A DNA stretch of 7,600 nt, from positions 5,876-13,475 of the forward strand of contig CAZFVS010000008.1 in NCBI GenBank assembly GCA_964522265.1, in the 5' to 3' direction. A program made the translations under genes and the position numbers. The notes beneath the pieces are model-generated. The model was not told the origin of the DNA. It did no database searches and saw nothing but the letters and a program-made list of their open reading frames with translations. This DNA is from an uncultured Gammaproteobacteria bacterium. GTDB lineage: Bacteria > Patescibacteriota > Microgenomatia > Daviesbacterales > UBA10151. Positions within the stretch are counted from its first letter, which is position 1, and every line of letters begins with the position of its first letter. Shown here piece after piece: positions 1 through 5,913 of the stretch.

Positions 1-1554
1 GCGGCACAAAACGCTTTAAGATCAGCAATGAAATTAGTCCATCCGGGGTGCCAATTATGGGAGCTCGGTGAGGCACAATTCTCTGAGGCAGAAGCGTTAG
101 GTTTTACTACTGTCAAAAATCTTTCCGGCCATACCATCGAACAATACAAAGTTCATGGGGGCATTGAGTTTAACAAGAGTTCGGACAGGCTTTACTGGAA
201 CATATTTACGGACTTTAGTGTCCCTGTTAAAAAAGCCACAGCTATTGTGAATCTGCCGAGCAGTTATTCTACCGAAGAAGTCCAGATTTATTCTTACCGG
301 ACATTCAATTTTCCGGTTGAGCAAAGTTATGATGCCCAAAATCGGCTTGTGGTGTTTTCTTCTTTGAATTTTACCCCTAAAGAGGCATTTACAATTGACG
401 TCAGCTGGCCGAAAGGCTATGTCAGCCAGTCTGCTTATTGGCTGGATTTTTTGAAAATGAAATATGGGTATGTTCTTGCTGTAATAATATTTTTAGCAAG
501 TGTCGCAGTCGGTTTTCTCTTTTGGTTATTTCGGGAAAAATTACCGAAAGGCAAGGGGACAGTTGTACCCGAATATGTGCCGCCTGAAAACTTAAGGCCA
601 GCTGTAGCGGAAGTAATAACCAAAGAAAAACTTACGGCGGCAGGGTTTACAGCAACAGTGATTGATTTAGCCATTAGGGGATATTTAAAAATTCAAGAAG
701 AGAAAAAACCTTCATTGGCAATTTGGTTTTTCCTAAGATATTTTTTTGCAACTGACTATATTCTAAGACTGGTCAAAACTTATAAGGATGACCCGAATTT
801 AATGGATTATGAGAAAAAATATCTGAGCTTGCTTTTTGAGGAGGATAATACATTTTCGACCAAGAAATTAAGACAGAGTAGCAGCTCTACAAAGGCCAAA
901 TTTTACAGCGAAAGCCAAAAGGTTAAAGATTTAATTTATAAGGAAACAGAGGTCAAAACCCAAGCCTATGAAGTCGGATTGACTAAGGGGACAACTAAAA
1001 AATTAATCTGGTTTGCGGTAGGAGTGGTTACTTTTATTTTACTAATAGTGCAGATAGAGATATTTAATTTGCCGTTTAGCCAGTTTGAAGTCCTAATATT
1101 ATCAATTGTTGTGTCTGTAGTGGGACTTTGGGCTTATATCCGGTACGAAACACGGTTGAACCAGAGAGGTAGAATACTTAAGGAAAGTTGGCTTGGGTTT
1201 AAACTGTATTTGGAAACTGCCGAGAAATACCGGCTGCAAAATTTAACTCCCGAAACATTTGAAAAATATTTACCCTTCGCAATGGTCTTTGGGGTTGAGA
1301 AAAAATGGGCCAAAGCCTTTGATTCCTTGAATATATCAACTCCGAGTTGGTATTCCGGAGGCTATGTTGGCAGTTACAGTGGAGGGTCCAATTCTTCTTC
1401 GGGGGTAGCTTCATTTTCTCCATCCGTTTTCAGCGCCAGCTTTGCCTCATCTTTCTCAAGCTCTTTTGCATCTTCGGGCGCCGGCGGTGGGGGTGGAGGA
1501 GGTGGGGGAGGAGCAGGCGGCGGTGGGGGTGGAGGAGGTGGGGGAGCAAGCTAA
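1..1554 (+). CDS. DUF2207-family integral membrane protein with Ser/Gly-rich C-terminal tail; 5' end probably lies outside the window
   Basis: The reading frame is open from base 1 (AAQNALRSA precedes the ATG at 28), and there is no signal peptide or TM after M28, so that ATG is probably internal. The layout matches DUF2207: an extracytoplasmic beta-rich domain (LYWNIF...VNLP...FTIDVSWPKGYV), a TM (YVLAVIIFLASVAVGFLFWLF), a cytoplasmic segment (VIDLAIRGYLKIQE), two more TMs (LIWFAVGVVTFILLIV, VLILSIVVSVVGLWAYI), then LETAEKYRL...FEKYLPFAMVFGV and an S/G tail ending in two G10 runs. TAA stop at 1552-1554. Confidence 0.75.
   Translation, partial: AAQNALRSAMKLVHPGCQLWELGEAQFSEAEALGFTTVKNLSGHTIEQYKVHGGIEFNKSSDRLYWNIFTDFSVPVKKATAIVNLPSSYSTEEVQIYSYRTFNFPVEQSYDAQNRLVVFSSLNFTPKEAFTIDVSWPKGYVSQSAYWLDFLKMKYGYVLAVIIFLASVAVGFLFWLFREKLPKGKGTVVPEYVPPENLRPAVAEVITKEKLTAAGFTATVIDLAIRGYLKIQEEKKPSLAIWFFLRYFFATDYILRLVKTYKDDPNLMDYEKKYLSLLFEEDNTFSTKKLRQSSSSTKAKFYSESQKVKDLIYKETEVKTQAYEVGLTKGTTKKLIWFAVGVVTFILLIVQIEIFNLPFSQFEVLILSIVVSVVGLWAYIRYETRLNQRGRILKESWLGFKLYLETAEKYRLQNLTPETFEKYLPFAMVFGVEKKWAKAFDSLNISTPSWYSGGYVGSYSGGSNSSSGVASFSPSVFSASFASSFSSSFASSGAGGGGGGGGGGAGGGGGGGGGGAS
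1482..1546 (+). repeat. Exact 29-bp direct repeat with 36-bp period (1482-1510 and 1518-1546), encoding the duplicated AGGGGGGGGGG tail
   Basis: cggcggtgggggtggaggaggtgggggag occurs twice with identical codon choices. It contains four G5 tracts (1489-1493, 1504-1508, 1525-1529, 1540-1544) in an otherwise AT-rich window. Confidence 0.9.
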
Positions 1555-1556
1555 AA

Positions 1557-1620
1557 AATCCACCTTATGACGGAGGTGTCAAGCTAATACACCTGGAGGG
1601 TGGATTACGTTGACACCTAC
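1557..1620 (+). repeat. REP-like compound hairpin followed by a TTGACA-containing tail; related to the repeat upstream of the RAYT-like gene
   Basis: Outer stem aatccacc (1557-1564) pairs with ggtggatt (1599-1606), 8 bp. Inner stem aggtgt (1574-1579) pairs with acacct (1589-1594), 6 bp. Bases 1589-1620 align to the reverse complement of 5840-5872 with 26 identities in 33 columns, including an exact 12-mer gttgacacctac (1609-1620 vs revcomp 5840-5851). No T-tract follows, so it is not a canonical terminator. Confidence 0.6.
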
Positions 1621-1644
1621 TCTTTTGTGTGTGATATATATAAT
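1610..1644 (+). promoter_or_regulatory. Candidate sigma70-type promoter for the cyclophilin gene
   Basis: Perfect -35 TTGACA at 1610-1615. It is followed 17-19 bp later by the AT block tGATATATATAAT (TG at 1632-1633, TATATA 1635-1640, TATAAT 1639-1644). The exact -10 register is ambiguous. Confidence 0.4.
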
Positions 1645-1670
1645 CTTGCAGTTTGAGATAGTAGTATAGT

Positions 1671-2282
1671 ATGATCGCCAATATGGAGAGAAAAGCTTTA
1701 GCAGGGGTTATTATTGTTGTTTTAGTTATTTTAGGTGTTATACTTTACAAAGTTTTTGGAGGTAATAATCAGTCTAATGAACAAATAACGATTGAAAGCA
1801 CACAAAATACAAATATGAAACAATACTCAAAGTTCACCGGAATTCTGCCTGTTGATCAGCTTAATAATAAAAAAGCAGTTATAGAAACCAACAAAGGCAA
1901 AATTGAATTTGAAATTTATCCTGAAGCCAGCAAATCTGCTTCTAATTTTATATTTTTAGCCAAGGATCAGTTTTATGATGGGTTAAAATTCCATAGGGTT
2001 GTTCCGGGGTTTGTAATCCAGGGCGGGGATCCCAAAGGTGATGGGACAGGCGGTCCTGGATACCAGTTTGAGGATGAACCGGTAACAAGAAAATATCTTA
2101 AAGGTATTGTGGCTATGGCTAATGCCGGTTCGAATACTAACGGGTCACAATTTTTTATCATGCTTGAAGATAACTTAACTTTGCCTCCTAACTACACCAT
2201 CTTTGGCAAGATTACTTCAGGTCAGGATGTAGTTGATCAGATAAGGGTTGGAGATGTGATGAGTAAGGTTAGCATTTTGTGA
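1671..2282 (+). CDS. Cyclophilin-type peptidyl-prolyl cis-trans isomerase with N-terminal membrane anchor
   Basis: Cyclophilin core motifs are present: FHRVVPGFVIQGGDPKGDGTGGPGYQFEDE, GIVAMANAGSNTNGSQFFI, YTIFGKI. One hydrophobic helix (ALAGVIIVVLVILGVILYKVF) precedes the domain. The start could be ATG 1671 or ATG 1683 (M5). TGA stop at 2280-2282. Confidence 0.9.
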   Translation: MIANMERKALAGVIIVVLVILGVILYKVFGGNNQSNEQITIESTQNTNMKQYSKFTGILPVDQLNNKKAVIETNKGKIEFEIYPEASKSASNFIFLAKDQFYDGLKFHRVVPGFVIQGGDPKGDGTGGPGYQFEDEPVTRKYLKGIVAMANAGSNTNGSQFFIMLEDNLTLPPNYTIFGKITSGQDVVDQIRVGDVMSKVSIL

Positions 2283-2303
2283 ATTTCTAAATACACTAAT
2301 TAT

Positions 2304-2393
2304 TTAATGTGCCAGAACTGAGGCTACAACAGAAAAACCAAGAAGGGCAAGGAATAACCCAATCAGAAGCACTGCTTGCGGCCGCATCTTCAT
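2304..2393 (-). CDS. Hypothetical 29-aa single-pass hydrophobic peptide (below the ORF-track cutoff)
   Basis: Hand translation of the minus strand gives MKMRPQAVLLIGLFLALLGFSVVASVLAH, then TAA (2306-2304). It has a basic N-terminus followed by about 21 hydrophobic residues. Locally GC-richer than the flanks. A minus-strand TTGACA (2434-2429), 18-bp spacer and TAACTT (2410-2405) end 11 nt before the ATG. No homology evidence is available. Confidence 0.3.
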   Translation of the reverse strand: MKMRPQAVLLIGLFLALLGFSVVASVLAH

Positions 2394-2427
2394 CTTATGA
2401 TTCAAAGTTAGCACATATTGCTTAACA

Positions 2428-2456
2428 TTGTCAAATTGCACAATATATTGTATATT
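2428..2456 (+). promoter_or_regulatory. Candidate promoter of the nrdR-RNR operon
   Basis: -35 TTGTCA (2428-2433), exact 17-bp spacer, -10 TATATT (2451-2456). The best NrdR-box candidate overlaps the spacer and -10. A second perfect TTGACA at 2455-2460 lacks a convincing -10. Confidence 0.4.
2438..2453. promoter_or_regulatory. NrdR box candidate A
   Basis: gcacaatatattgtat matches 14 of 16 positions of the remembered NrdR-box palindrome acaCwAtATaTwGtgt. The core cacaata/tattgt(a) is nearly a perfect inverted repeat. Confidence 0.6.
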
Positions 2457-2497
2457 GACAGCTCTTCAAGTGGGTATGGTAGTGTAGATAGCGTACA

Positions 2498-2513
2498 TAA
2501 GAATATATTGGGT
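2498..2513. promoter_or_regulatory. NrdR box candidate B
   Basis: taagaatatattgggt matches 12 of 16 consensus positions and shares the exact 9-mer aatatattg with box A. Its centre is 32 bp from the centre of box C, the tandem spacing expected for NrdR box pairs. Confidence 0.4.
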
Positions 2514-2529
2514 GACTAATAAGGTTTGA

Positions 2530-2545
2530 ATACAAGATGTTGTAT
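2530..2545. promoter_or_regulatory. NrdR box candidate C
   Basis: atacaagatgttgtat matches 12 of 16 consensus positions and is itself a 7/8 palindrome. It lies 20 nt upstream of the nrdR ATG. Confidence 0.4.
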
Positions 2546-2564
2546 GAAGTATTTACACTGAAGT

Positions 2565-3017
2565 ATGAAGTGCTTTTTTTGCGGCAGCGACCAAAGTAAA
2601 GTTATAGATAAACGGATGGTAGCAGGAACAGGGGAGATCAGGAGGAGAAGAGAATGCTTGAAGTGTTGCAAACGGTATACGACATATGAACGTTTGTGTT
2701 CTTTTGACCTTATAATTTTAAAAAGGGATGGGAGGAGAGAGATTTTTAATAGGGAAAAGCTTAAATCGGGGTTAGAAAAAGCGCTTGAAAAAAGACCGGC
2801 AATAGAAGACCTGGAAAAGATAGTTGATACAATAATCAGAAGACTTAAAGTAAAAGGTAAAAAAGAAGTGGAAAGCAGATTTGTGGGACAGATAGCTTTG
2901 TCAGAACTTAAGAAAACCGATCCGGTAGCATATTTGAGATTTGCCTCAGTATACAGGCAATTTAAGGAGCCTGATGATTTTACCAGAGAGCTGAAGAGTT
3001 TAGAAGGGAAAATATAA
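2565..3017 (+). CDS. nrdR: Transcriptional repressor NrdR (Zn-ribbon + ATP-cone)
   Basis: Starts MKCFFCG. CxxC...CxxC zinc ribbon (C3, C6, C31, C34), RRRRECLKCCKRYTTYE, then an ATP-cone (ILKRDGRREIFNREKL...YLRFASVYRQF). Length of 150 aa is typical. TAA stop lies 7 nt before the RNR ORF. Confidence 0.95.
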   Translation: MKCFFCGSDQSKVIDKRMVAGTGEIRRRRECLKCCKRYTTYERLCSFDLIILKRDGRREIFNREKLKSGLEKALEKRPAIEDLEKIVDTIIRRLKVKGKKEVESRFVGQIALSELKKTDPVAYLRFASVYRQFKEPDDFTRELKSLEGKI

Positions 3018-3024
3018 ATAATTT

Positions 3025-5133
3025 ATGGCTACACTACAGACAACTCATGCCAAACCCAAAAAAACATTAATAAATGGTGAATCAGATGGTAGTTACAACG
3101 AGTATCCAGGAGAAGCTATTATTAGCCAACAGGTAATTACCCAGGTGATTAAGCAAAAAGAGGTTGATATGCGCATCCCCGAAAATATGCGTCAGGCATT
3201 TTTAGAATCCGACAGATATTTCCCGACAGATTTACAAAAATTCCAATTCTTTGATAAATATTCCCGGTTTGATTATGCCTTGGGAAGGAGGGAAACCTGG
3301 ATTGAGACGACTGATCGGGCAGTCAAGTTTCTGCGTGATATTAGCCAGAATAAACTTCCTGATAAAGATTACCAGAGAATACGAAAATCGATTCTTGAGA
3401 TGCGTGCTACACCCTCTATGAGACTGCTGGCTATGGCAGGTCCCGCAGCGCATAGAAATAATATCTCAATCTACAACTGTTCTTTCCTGCCGGTGGATTC
3501 TGTGGATGCCTTTGTAGAAGCGTTAATAATTTCCATGTCGGGTTGTGGAGTAGGTTTTTCTGTTGAAACTAAAAATACTTCCAAAATTCCTCCAGTCAAA
3601 ATTCAGAATTACCAGATCCGCAAAGTCCATATAATTGATGATTCAACTGACGGTTGGGCTGAGGCAGTAAGGGCTGGTTTAACGGCATGGATTAGTGGAG
3701 AAGACCTGCTGTTTGATTATTCCCAGCTGAGGCCGGCAGGCGCCCCGTTAAAAATTAAAGGCGGTCGGGCTTCAGGACCTGAACCATTGCAGCGGATGCT
3801 GGAATTTGCCAGAGCCAGGATATTATCAAGGCAGGGGCAGTCTCTTAGACCAATTGATGCGCATGATATTATGTGTGAGGTTGGGAATGCTGCAGTTTCA
3901 GGCGGGATGAGAAGGACGGCAATGATTTCGCTATTTGATTGGGATGATATGGAGATGCGTCTGTGCAAGCATGGAAATTTTGAAAAAGAGAATTCACAAA
4001 GATGGAATGCAAACAACAGCGCAGTCTGGCCGGATAACATTGATCAAACACAGATTATCAGGCAGATGGTGGAGATGGTTGAGGCTGGTAATGGAGAGCC
4101 GGGTATTTTTAGCCGTCAAGCTGCCAATAGATTGAAGCCTGGGCGGAGAGCCGAGGCAGATTTTGGGACTAATCCTTGTGGTGAAATCAACCTAAGACCG
4201 TGGGAGTTTTGTAACTTGAGTATAGCCATTGCCAGAAGTGATGATACCTTTGAATCACTCCAAGATAAAGTTGAGGTGGCGACAATCATCGGGACTATCC
4301 AGTCCATGGCAACATATTTCCCAGGCTTAAGGGAGATGTGGAAGCATAACTGTGAGGAGGAAAGGCTGCTTGGGGTAGATATCAACGGGCAGCTTGATTG
4401 TCCGATCGTACAAGACCCCCAGGTTCTTTCCAGGCTTAAAGAAGTTGCCATTGAAACAAACCGTTTATATGCTCAGCAACTTGGTATTAATCAATCTGCA
4501 TCAGTAACCTGTGTCAAACCGTCTGGTAATTCTTCTCAGCTTTTCAACTGTTCCTCAGGTTTGCATGCCAGATGGGCTCCTTATTATATTCGGAATGTTA
4601 GGGTTAGCACTCATTCACCGATATTTAAAGTCTTGAGAGACTCCGGGGTGCCGATGGATCCGGAAAATGGTCAGACTGTAGAAAATGCCAATACCTGGGT
4701 TATCCATTTTCCGGTCAAATCCCCGGATGGTGCTCTTACCAGAATCAATAGGCCGGCAATTGAGCAGTGTGAATATTGGCTACTGAACAAGCTTTATTGG
4801 ACTGAGCATAACCCCAGTGTCACTATAACTTATAAAAAGGATGAGGTGATGGATCTTATTAAATGGGTTGTTGAGCACAAAGATTATGTCGGAGGGATGT
4901 CTTTTTTGCCTGCATTTGAGGCAAAATATGCACAACTTCCTTATATTGATATTACCCAGGAAGAATATGAGCAGTTGTCCAAACAGTTCCCGGCAATAGA
5001 TTTTTCCAAACTCTACCTCTATGAGCATGAAGATTTAACCACAACAGCCCAAGAGATCGCCTGCATGTCTGGAGCCTGTGACATTGATTATTCCCCCCTG
5101 ACAGCTGTGAAACCTTTGGATATGTTACAATAA
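3025..5133 (+). CDS. nrdJ: Adenosylcobalamin-dependent class II ribonucleotide reductase, monomeric RTPR-like
   Basis: Collinear, from memory, with Lactobacillus leichmannii RTPR. Thiyl-radical loop TNPCGEI. Active-site cysteines in IYNCSFLPV and WEFCNLS. GGRASGPEPL, NGEPGI, YWTEHNPSVTITY. C-terminal redox pair CMSGAC has the same spacing as CEGGAC. Start is uncertain: ATG 3025 has no SD, whereas ATG 3169 (M49) has AGAGG 5 nt upstream and gives an N-terminus of RTPR-like length. Confidence 0.9.
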   Translation: MATLQTTHAKPKKTLINGESDGSYNEYPGEAIISQQVITQVIKQKEVDMRIPENMRQAFLESDRYFPTDLQKFQFFDKYSRFDYALGRRETWIETTDRAVKFLRDISQNKLPDKDYQRIRKSILEMRATPSMRLLAMAGPAAHRNNISIYNCSFLPVDSVDAFVEALIISMSGCGVGFSVETKNTSKIPPVKIQNYQIRKVHIIDDSTDGWAEAVRAGLTAWISGEDLLFDYSQLRPAGAPLKIKGGRASGPEPLQRMLEFARARILSRQGQSLRPIDAHDIMCEVGNAAVSGGMRRTAMISLFDWDDMEMRLCKHGNFEKENSQRWNANNSAVWPDNIDQTQIIRQMVEMVEAGNGEPGIFSRQAANRLKPGRRAEADFGTNPCGEINLRPWEFCNLSIAIARSDDTFESLQDKVEVATIIGTIQSMATYFPGLREMWKHNCEEERLLGVDINGQLDCPIVQDPQVLSRLKEVAIETNRLYAQQLGINQSASVTCVKPSGNSSQLFNCSSGLHARWAPYYIRNVRVSTHSPIFKVLRDSGVPMDPENGQTVENANTWVIHFPVKSPDGALTRINRPAIEQCEYWLLNKLYWTEHNPSVTITYKKDEVMDLIKWVVEHKDYVGGMSFLPAFEAKYAQLPYIDITQEEYEQLSKQFPAIDFSKLYLYEHEDLTTTAQEIACMSGACDIDYSPLTAVKPLDMLQ

Positions 5134-5145
5134 TATTATACTTTT

Positions 5146-5159
5146 CCACCCTTGGGGTG
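5146..5159. repeat. REP-like palindromic repeat, left copy
   Basis: ccacccttggggtg forms a 5-bp GC stem with loop ttg. It abuts the RAYT-like stop codon (5160-5162) and lies 12 nt after the RNR stop. It is the exact reverse complement of 5859-5872. Confidence 0.75.
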
Positions 5160-5813
5160 TCATCCTAAGTATTCATCTATTAACTGGTGTTTGATGGACT
5201 CCAATTTTTGGGCATAATCTGCCTGGTCCATAACGAACTGTTGATAATCTTCCGGTGATTTAAAAAATCCAAGTATTTCTTTTATGGAACAAAATCCACC
5301 CTGTTTTTCATGCAAGTAGTCACTATAAGAAGACCATGGGTAATCTTCCAAGTTTTTCACTAATAATGAAGATAAGGGGTTTAAATGAATATAGCGGGAA
5401 AGATGTAGCAGCTGCTCATCATTTTCTACCAAAACTGCCTTAAATTCTCCCTGAAAAAGCGGACCTACCCGATTATGTTTTTTATTATAAAATTTTGTAT
5501 AGCTGTTAGACAATTTACTTATAAATTCCGTTACACCCCCATTATTTTTCTGTTTGATAAGGAAATGGAAATGGTTGGGCATTAAGGCATAGCACATTAC
5601 TTCAACGAGCCTGTTGTTTAAATCAGGCTTAAAAACAGGATTTTTTAAGAAGGTCGACAATTTTGGTTTAGGTCCTTTATGTTGGTAATATTGAATTGTT
5701 TTTATAAGTCTGTGATAATCCCAGTTGTTTTCAAATATAGATCTTTTTTCAACACCACGGTTGTATACATGGTAATAATGATCATTCACAAATGGAAAAA
5801 TTCTTGATGGCAT
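5160..5813 (-). CDS. HUH / Y1 single-strand DNA transposase homolog (IS200-like superfamily, COG1943 / REP-associated tyrosine transposase-like)
   Basis: HUH motif in ALMPNHFHFLI. Catalytic-Tyr motif LSRYIHLNPL followed by DYPWSSY, typical of the RayT/COG1943 branch. N-terminal YHVYNRG. At 217 aa it is longer than classical IS200 TnpA. No tnpB partner is present. Confidence 0.85.
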   Translation of the reverse strand: MPSRIFPFVNDHYYHVYNRGVEKRSIFENNWDYHRLIKTIQYYQHKGPKPKLSTFLKNPVFKPDLNNRLVEVMCYALMPNHFHFLIKQKNNGGVTEFISKLSNSYTKFYNKKHNRVGPLFQGEFKAVLVENDEQLLHLSRYIHLNPLSSLLVKNLEDYPWSSYSDYLHEKQGGFCSIKEILGFFKSPEDYQQFVMDQADYAQKLESIKHQLIDEYLG

Positions 5814-5821
5814 TTATGCAG

Positions 5822-5850
5822 AGCATACTATAAGAATCCGTAGGTGTCAA
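5822..5850 (-). promoter_or_regulatory. Candidate promoter of the RAYT-like gene
   Basis: On the minus strand: TTGACA (5850-5845), 17-bp spacer, TATGCT (5827-5822). The hexamer ends 8 nt before the ATG (5813-5811), and no SD is present. An overlapping TATAGT (5832-5827) would give only a 12-bp spacer. Confidence 0.35.
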
Positions 5851-5858
5851 CCTAATTC

Positions 5859-5872
5859 CACCCCAAGGGTGG
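5859..5872. repeat. REP-like palindromic repeat, right copy
   Basis: caccccaagggtgg; with c5858 it forms a 6-bp stem with loop caa. Exact reverse complement of 5146-5159. Confidence 0.75.
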
Positions 5873-5913
5873 CAACACACAGAATTTTTGGATTATGTAT
5901 AGTATGGGCTAAC

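Larger units (their letters stand above)
5146..5872 (-). mobile_element. RAYT-like gene bracketed by inverted REP-like palindromes (possibly a domesticated, non-autonomous unit)
   Basis: An exact 14-bp repeat in inverted orientation lies at both gene ends (5146-5159 and 5859-5872). The unit sits between the functionally linked RNR and cobO genes. No flanking direct repeats were seen. Confidence 0.5.

Noticed and set aside
1347-1613. 88-aa + strand ORF rich in R/W (GRRRWGWRRWG...)
   Set aside because: It is an alternative-frame reading of the G-rich DNA that encodes the poly-Gly tail of the DUF2207 protein. It lies almost wholly inside that gene, is low-complexity and has no independent start signals.
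2378-2385. GCGGCCGC 8-bp palindrome in AT-rich DNA
   Set aside because: It is an isolated palindrome inside the candidate small ORF (codons R-P-Q region), with no partner repeat or structural context. Probably incidental.
2283-2564. tRNA or other small RNA gene in the long ppi-nrdR spacer (ggtttgaat resembles a T-loop)
   Set aside because: No cloverleaf can be drawn: there are no flanking complementary T-stem, acceptor stem or anticodon arm. The region is better explained by the small ORF, divergent promoters and NrdR boxes.
3025-5133. Intein or group I intron within the RNR gene (common in RNRs)
   Set aside because: The protein is collinear with monomeric RTPR and is of similar or shorter length. 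There is no insertion next to the catalytic Cys loop and there are no Hint/LAGLIDADG-like blocks.
3232-5149. Seven antisense or alternate-frame ORFs of 60-111 aa inside the RNR gene (3232-3453, 3717-4040, 3869-4051, 3935-4135, 4116-4451, 4780-5028, 4952-5149)
   Set aside because: All are nested in a 702-aa ORF with strong family motifs. Their translations are low-complexity, show no recognisable motifs and look like shadow ORFs. The same reasoning applies to 97-339, 435-674, 1199-1423, 1973-2161, 6511-6693 and 7189-7395.
5134-5165. Hairpin after the RNR stop as a bidirectional rho-independent terminator
   Set aside because: The 5-bp stem is followed by tcatcc on the + strand and by aaaagta on the - strand, so there is no U-tract on either transcript. 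An exact inverted copy at the other end of the RAYT-like gene points to a repeat element instead. A minor role in termination cannot be excluded.
5869-5913. GTG-initiated 15-codon N-terminal extension of cobO given in the ORF track
   Set aside because: The extension (MATHRIFGLCIVWAN) overlaps the REP-like palindrome and the divergent promoter region and has no counterpart in CobA/CobO proteins. ATG 5914 gives a normal distance to the P-loop.
5814-5913. Cobalamin riboswitch upstream of cobO or of the RNR
   Set aside because: The spacers are too short for a ~200-nt B12 aptamer (100 nt before cobO, 7 nt before ATG 3025). I see no B12-box-like GC-rich core. The space is taken up by the REP-like repeat and promoter-like elements. 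I could not run a covariance model.
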